In this document: positions 60,927-64,000 of the stretch, in pieces
Position numbering within the stretch: position 1 is the stretch's first letter
Layout of the letters: each line of letters opens with the position of its first letter
From: an uncultured Chloroflexia bacterium
GTDB taxonomy: Bacteria > Chloroflexota > Chloroflexia > QHBQ01 > JADMIH01
Length of the DNA stretch: 64,000 nt
Reading direction: 5' to 3'
Assembly (NCBI GenBank): GCA_963797095.1
Contig: CAWCNY010000005.1
Coordinates: 640,001 to 704,000, forward strand
Notes under the pieces: generated by a model
Seen by the model: only the letters and a program-made list of their open reading frames with translations
Database searches by the model: none
Told to the model about the DNA's origin: nothing
Translations under genes and position numbers: made by a program

Positions 60927-61001
60927 GCCGACGTAGCTCAGTGGCAGAGCAGCTGTTTTGTAAACAGCTGGTCGAGGGTTCGAATCCCCCCGTCGGCTCC
61001 A
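60927..61001 (+). tRNA. tRNA-Thr (TGT)
   Basis: GCCGACG acceptor stem, anticodon loop TTTGTAA, GGTTCGAATCC, CCA. Confidence 0.96.
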
Positions 61002-61030
61002 TCAAGGAAACACGTCATTCTCGCTAGTTT

Positions 61031-61117
61031 GGGCAGTTGCCGGAGTGGACAATCGGAACTGGCTGTAAACCAGTCGGGCTACGCCCTGCGGAGGTTCGAA
61101 TCCTTCACTGCCCACCA
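61031..61117 (+). tRNA. tRNA-Tyr (GTA)
   Basis: GGGCAGT acceptor stem, loop CTGTAAA, long variable arm, CCA. Confidence 0.95.
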
Positions 61118-61219
61118 GTCGTGATACGTAAGATGTAGTACGTGTTTAGTAGAGCACAGGGAATACAATCGGCCTTGGGAACGATTGAATGTTGCCAGGA
61201 AGGGCTCTATCATGTAGGG

Positions 61220-61678
61220 ATGAAGAGGTGCTCGCGTTGTAAGGAGGAGAAGGACGAGGGGGAGTTCCAGCGTAACCGCTCTTCCAGGGATGGTTTGCAG
61301 GACCAATGTAAGGCCTGCCGGAGGGAGACCGACCGGCGGACCTATGCGAAGCAGTCGGAGGAGCAGAAGGCACGGTATAGGGAAGCAAACTTGCGCACTA
61401 TCGAGCGCAATCGGCGTTTGCTGTATGAGTACCTTCTTGGGCATCCCTGTGTTGATTGTGACGAAAGCGATCCTGTAGTTCTCGAGCTTGATCACATAGC
61501 AGAGAAGAAGGGTAATATAGCCAACTTGATTCGTTCTGGGCGAGGTTGGCAATCGATCTATCGCGAGATCCAGAAGTGCGAAGTCAGATGCGCCAATTGC
61601 CACAGGAAAATCACAGCGAGGCGAAGCGGTACCTGCAAGAAATTGATCTGGAGCCTGGAAGAGAACAGGCCCACGTAG
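61220..61678 (+). CDS. HNH endonuclease-like protein with N-terminal Zn finger
   Basis: CSRC..CKAC, CVDC..DPVVLELDH..KCEVRCANCHR; promoter TTGAAT-17-TATCAT then 6 nt to ATG. Confidence 0.82.
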   Translation: MKRCSRCKEEKDEGEFQRNRSSRDGLQDQCKACRRETDRRTYAKQSEEQKARYREANLRTIERNRRLLYEYLLGHPCVDCDESDPVVLELDHIAEKKGNIANLIRSGRGWQSIYREIQKCEVRCANCHRKITARRSGTCKKLIWSLEENRPT

Positions 61679-61744
61679 CTCAGTTGGCAGAGCACGCCCT
61701 TGGTAAGGGCGAGGTCATCAGTTCGAATCTGATCGTGGGCTCCA
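61669..61744 (+). tRNA. tRNA-Thr (GGT)
   Basis: GCCCACG acceptor stem, CGCCC-TTGGTAA-GGGCG, GTTCGAAT, CCA. Confidence 0.96.
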
Positions 61745-61840
61745 GAATCAAAGCCTGGACTCCAAGTTTATTGGCAATCACCATATCAAAAGCCTGGCGG
61801 AAGATAGCGTCGGGCTAATTCAGCAGGAGGAAACAATACA

Positions 61841-63043
<1,203 letters not shown>

Positions 63044-63052
63044 GATAATTAG

Positions 63053-63125
63053 TATCGAGTACTGAGTACCGAGTACCGAGTGCTTTTGACGCTTGGTCCT
63101 CGGTACTCAGCACCTGGTACTCGGA
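63053..63125. repeat. Inverted heptamer repeat pair (GAGTACC / GGTACTC)
   Basis: Between tuf and rpmG. Confidence 0.8.
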
Positions 63126-63133
63126 GTAATTCA

Positions 63134-63298
63134 ATGGCAAAGAAAGCAGACCGCATCATCATCTACCTGGCCTGCACCGAGTGCAAGGAGCGAAATTATA
63201 CAAGCTCCAAGAACAAGCGCAACGACCCTAACAGGTTGGAGTTGCAGAAGTTCTGTCCTCGCTGCCGCCAGCATAGATTGCATCGCGAGACGAAGTAA
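63134..63298 (+). CDS. rpmG: 50S ribosomal protein L33 (Zn-binding form)
   Basis: [11 protein letters not shown]...[17 protein letters not shown]...HRETK. Confidence 0.97.
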   Translation: MAKKADRIIIYLACTECKERNYTSSKNKRNDPNRLELQKFCPRCRQHRLHRETK

Positions 63299-63517
63299 TC
63301 GCGAGTGACGAGTAGGGCCGGCCCCGCGTGGGTGGCTTGAAATAGGCATTATTGAAGCACAGGGATATAGACTTCCTGTGCTTCTTCATTTAACTGTGGG
63401 CGTGTGTCAGTGCTATAATGTATGCCGCAGGTATTGGGATTGCGGTTGCGCCGCAGATGGTCGTAGTTGCAGGCTGTCTGGTCAACAGACAGCATTGCGT
63501 GGAAGGACTTCTTTGTC

Positions 63518-64000
63518 ATGAGTGGTACCCCTGCTGCTATTGAATCCAGCAGGCTCGGGGGTGAGCTTATTGCGCGTCCCTACGAAGTTAGTTGGATCGA
63601 CCGTTTTACTGACTCGATAGAGCGGTTGCCAGGCTCACGCTGGCTCTATTACCTCATCATCTGGCTGGTTCCGGTTGCTGCTATGGTACTGACCAAGTGG
63701 GCCGATGGCACGTACTCTCCCCCTTATGTGAGCCCATTTCATGTCGCACTTGCTTCGGGCGCAGCATATATCGCGGCCAATATCGCTTTTTTGGACCATG
63801 TGGCCGGCAAAGCCCTGGCTACTTTCCGGCCAACGTCCACTCTGACCGAGGACCAGTACGAAGCCTTTGAATACCGCCTTACCACGCTCCCGGCCCGGCC
63901 TACTCTCCTTTGGACACTCGTCCCCCTGGTTCTGATCGTGGTGGGTATGGGCAGCGCAATTCTGTTCGATGGTTCCTTATTCTCTGCTGAAGTAGAAGTA
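63518..64000 (+). CDS. Hypothetical membrane protein (runs off window)
   Basis: Open frame MSGTPAAIE..RPYEVSWIDRFTDSIERLPG..WLYYLIIW.. to the window end. Confidence 0.6.
   Translation, partial: MSGTPAAIESSRLGGELIARPYEVSWIDRFTDSIERLPGSRWLYYLIIWLVPVAAMVLTKWADGTYSPPYVSPFHVALASGAAYIAANIAFLDHVAGKALATFRPTSTLTEDQYEAFEYRLTTLPARPTLLWTLVPLVLIVVGMGSAILFDGSLFSAEVEV

Noticed and set aside
61118-61668. Group I intron or split tRNA around the HNH gene
   Set aside because: Flanking tRNAs are complete with CCA ends, and there is no room for an intron core.
63299-63517. tRNA-Trp/secE expected after rpmG
   Set aside because: No cloverleaf or SecE-like ORF seen; a different gene follows, and the window edge prevents judging rearrangement.

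Overview
High-GC bacterial chromosome segment, most likely Chloroflexota (inferred from a cysteine-rich SLH-like anchor, short EF-Ts, a T-box on pheST and many leaderless-type promoters). Core blocks are rpsB-tsf-pyrH-frr-uppS-(cdsA slot)-dxr-rseP-murI, T-box-pheS-pheT, tRNA-Arg, and tRNA-Thr/Tyr/Thr-tuf-rpmG. Accessory genes include five MFS transporters, PspC/LiaF/DUF4097 envelope-stress genes, a beta-propeller S-layer protein and several IS elements or remnants. The most unusual signals are: (1) a terminus-less 1013-bp internal IS1182 transposase fragment inserted in a phosphoesterase gene between perfect 11-bp direct repeats; (2) an HNH nuclease gene inside the tRNA-tuf operon, overlapping tRNA-Thr(GGT); (3) sequence-diverse 7-nt tandem repeats that form inverted pairs and enter essential proteins in frame; (4) two apparent pseudoenzymes (a CdsA-slot protein with no catalytic signature and a HisC homolog lacking the PLP lysine); (5) a decayed duplicate of the glcD 5' end bracketing the S-layer gene. 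All family assignments come from motif recognition by eye; no database search was run.
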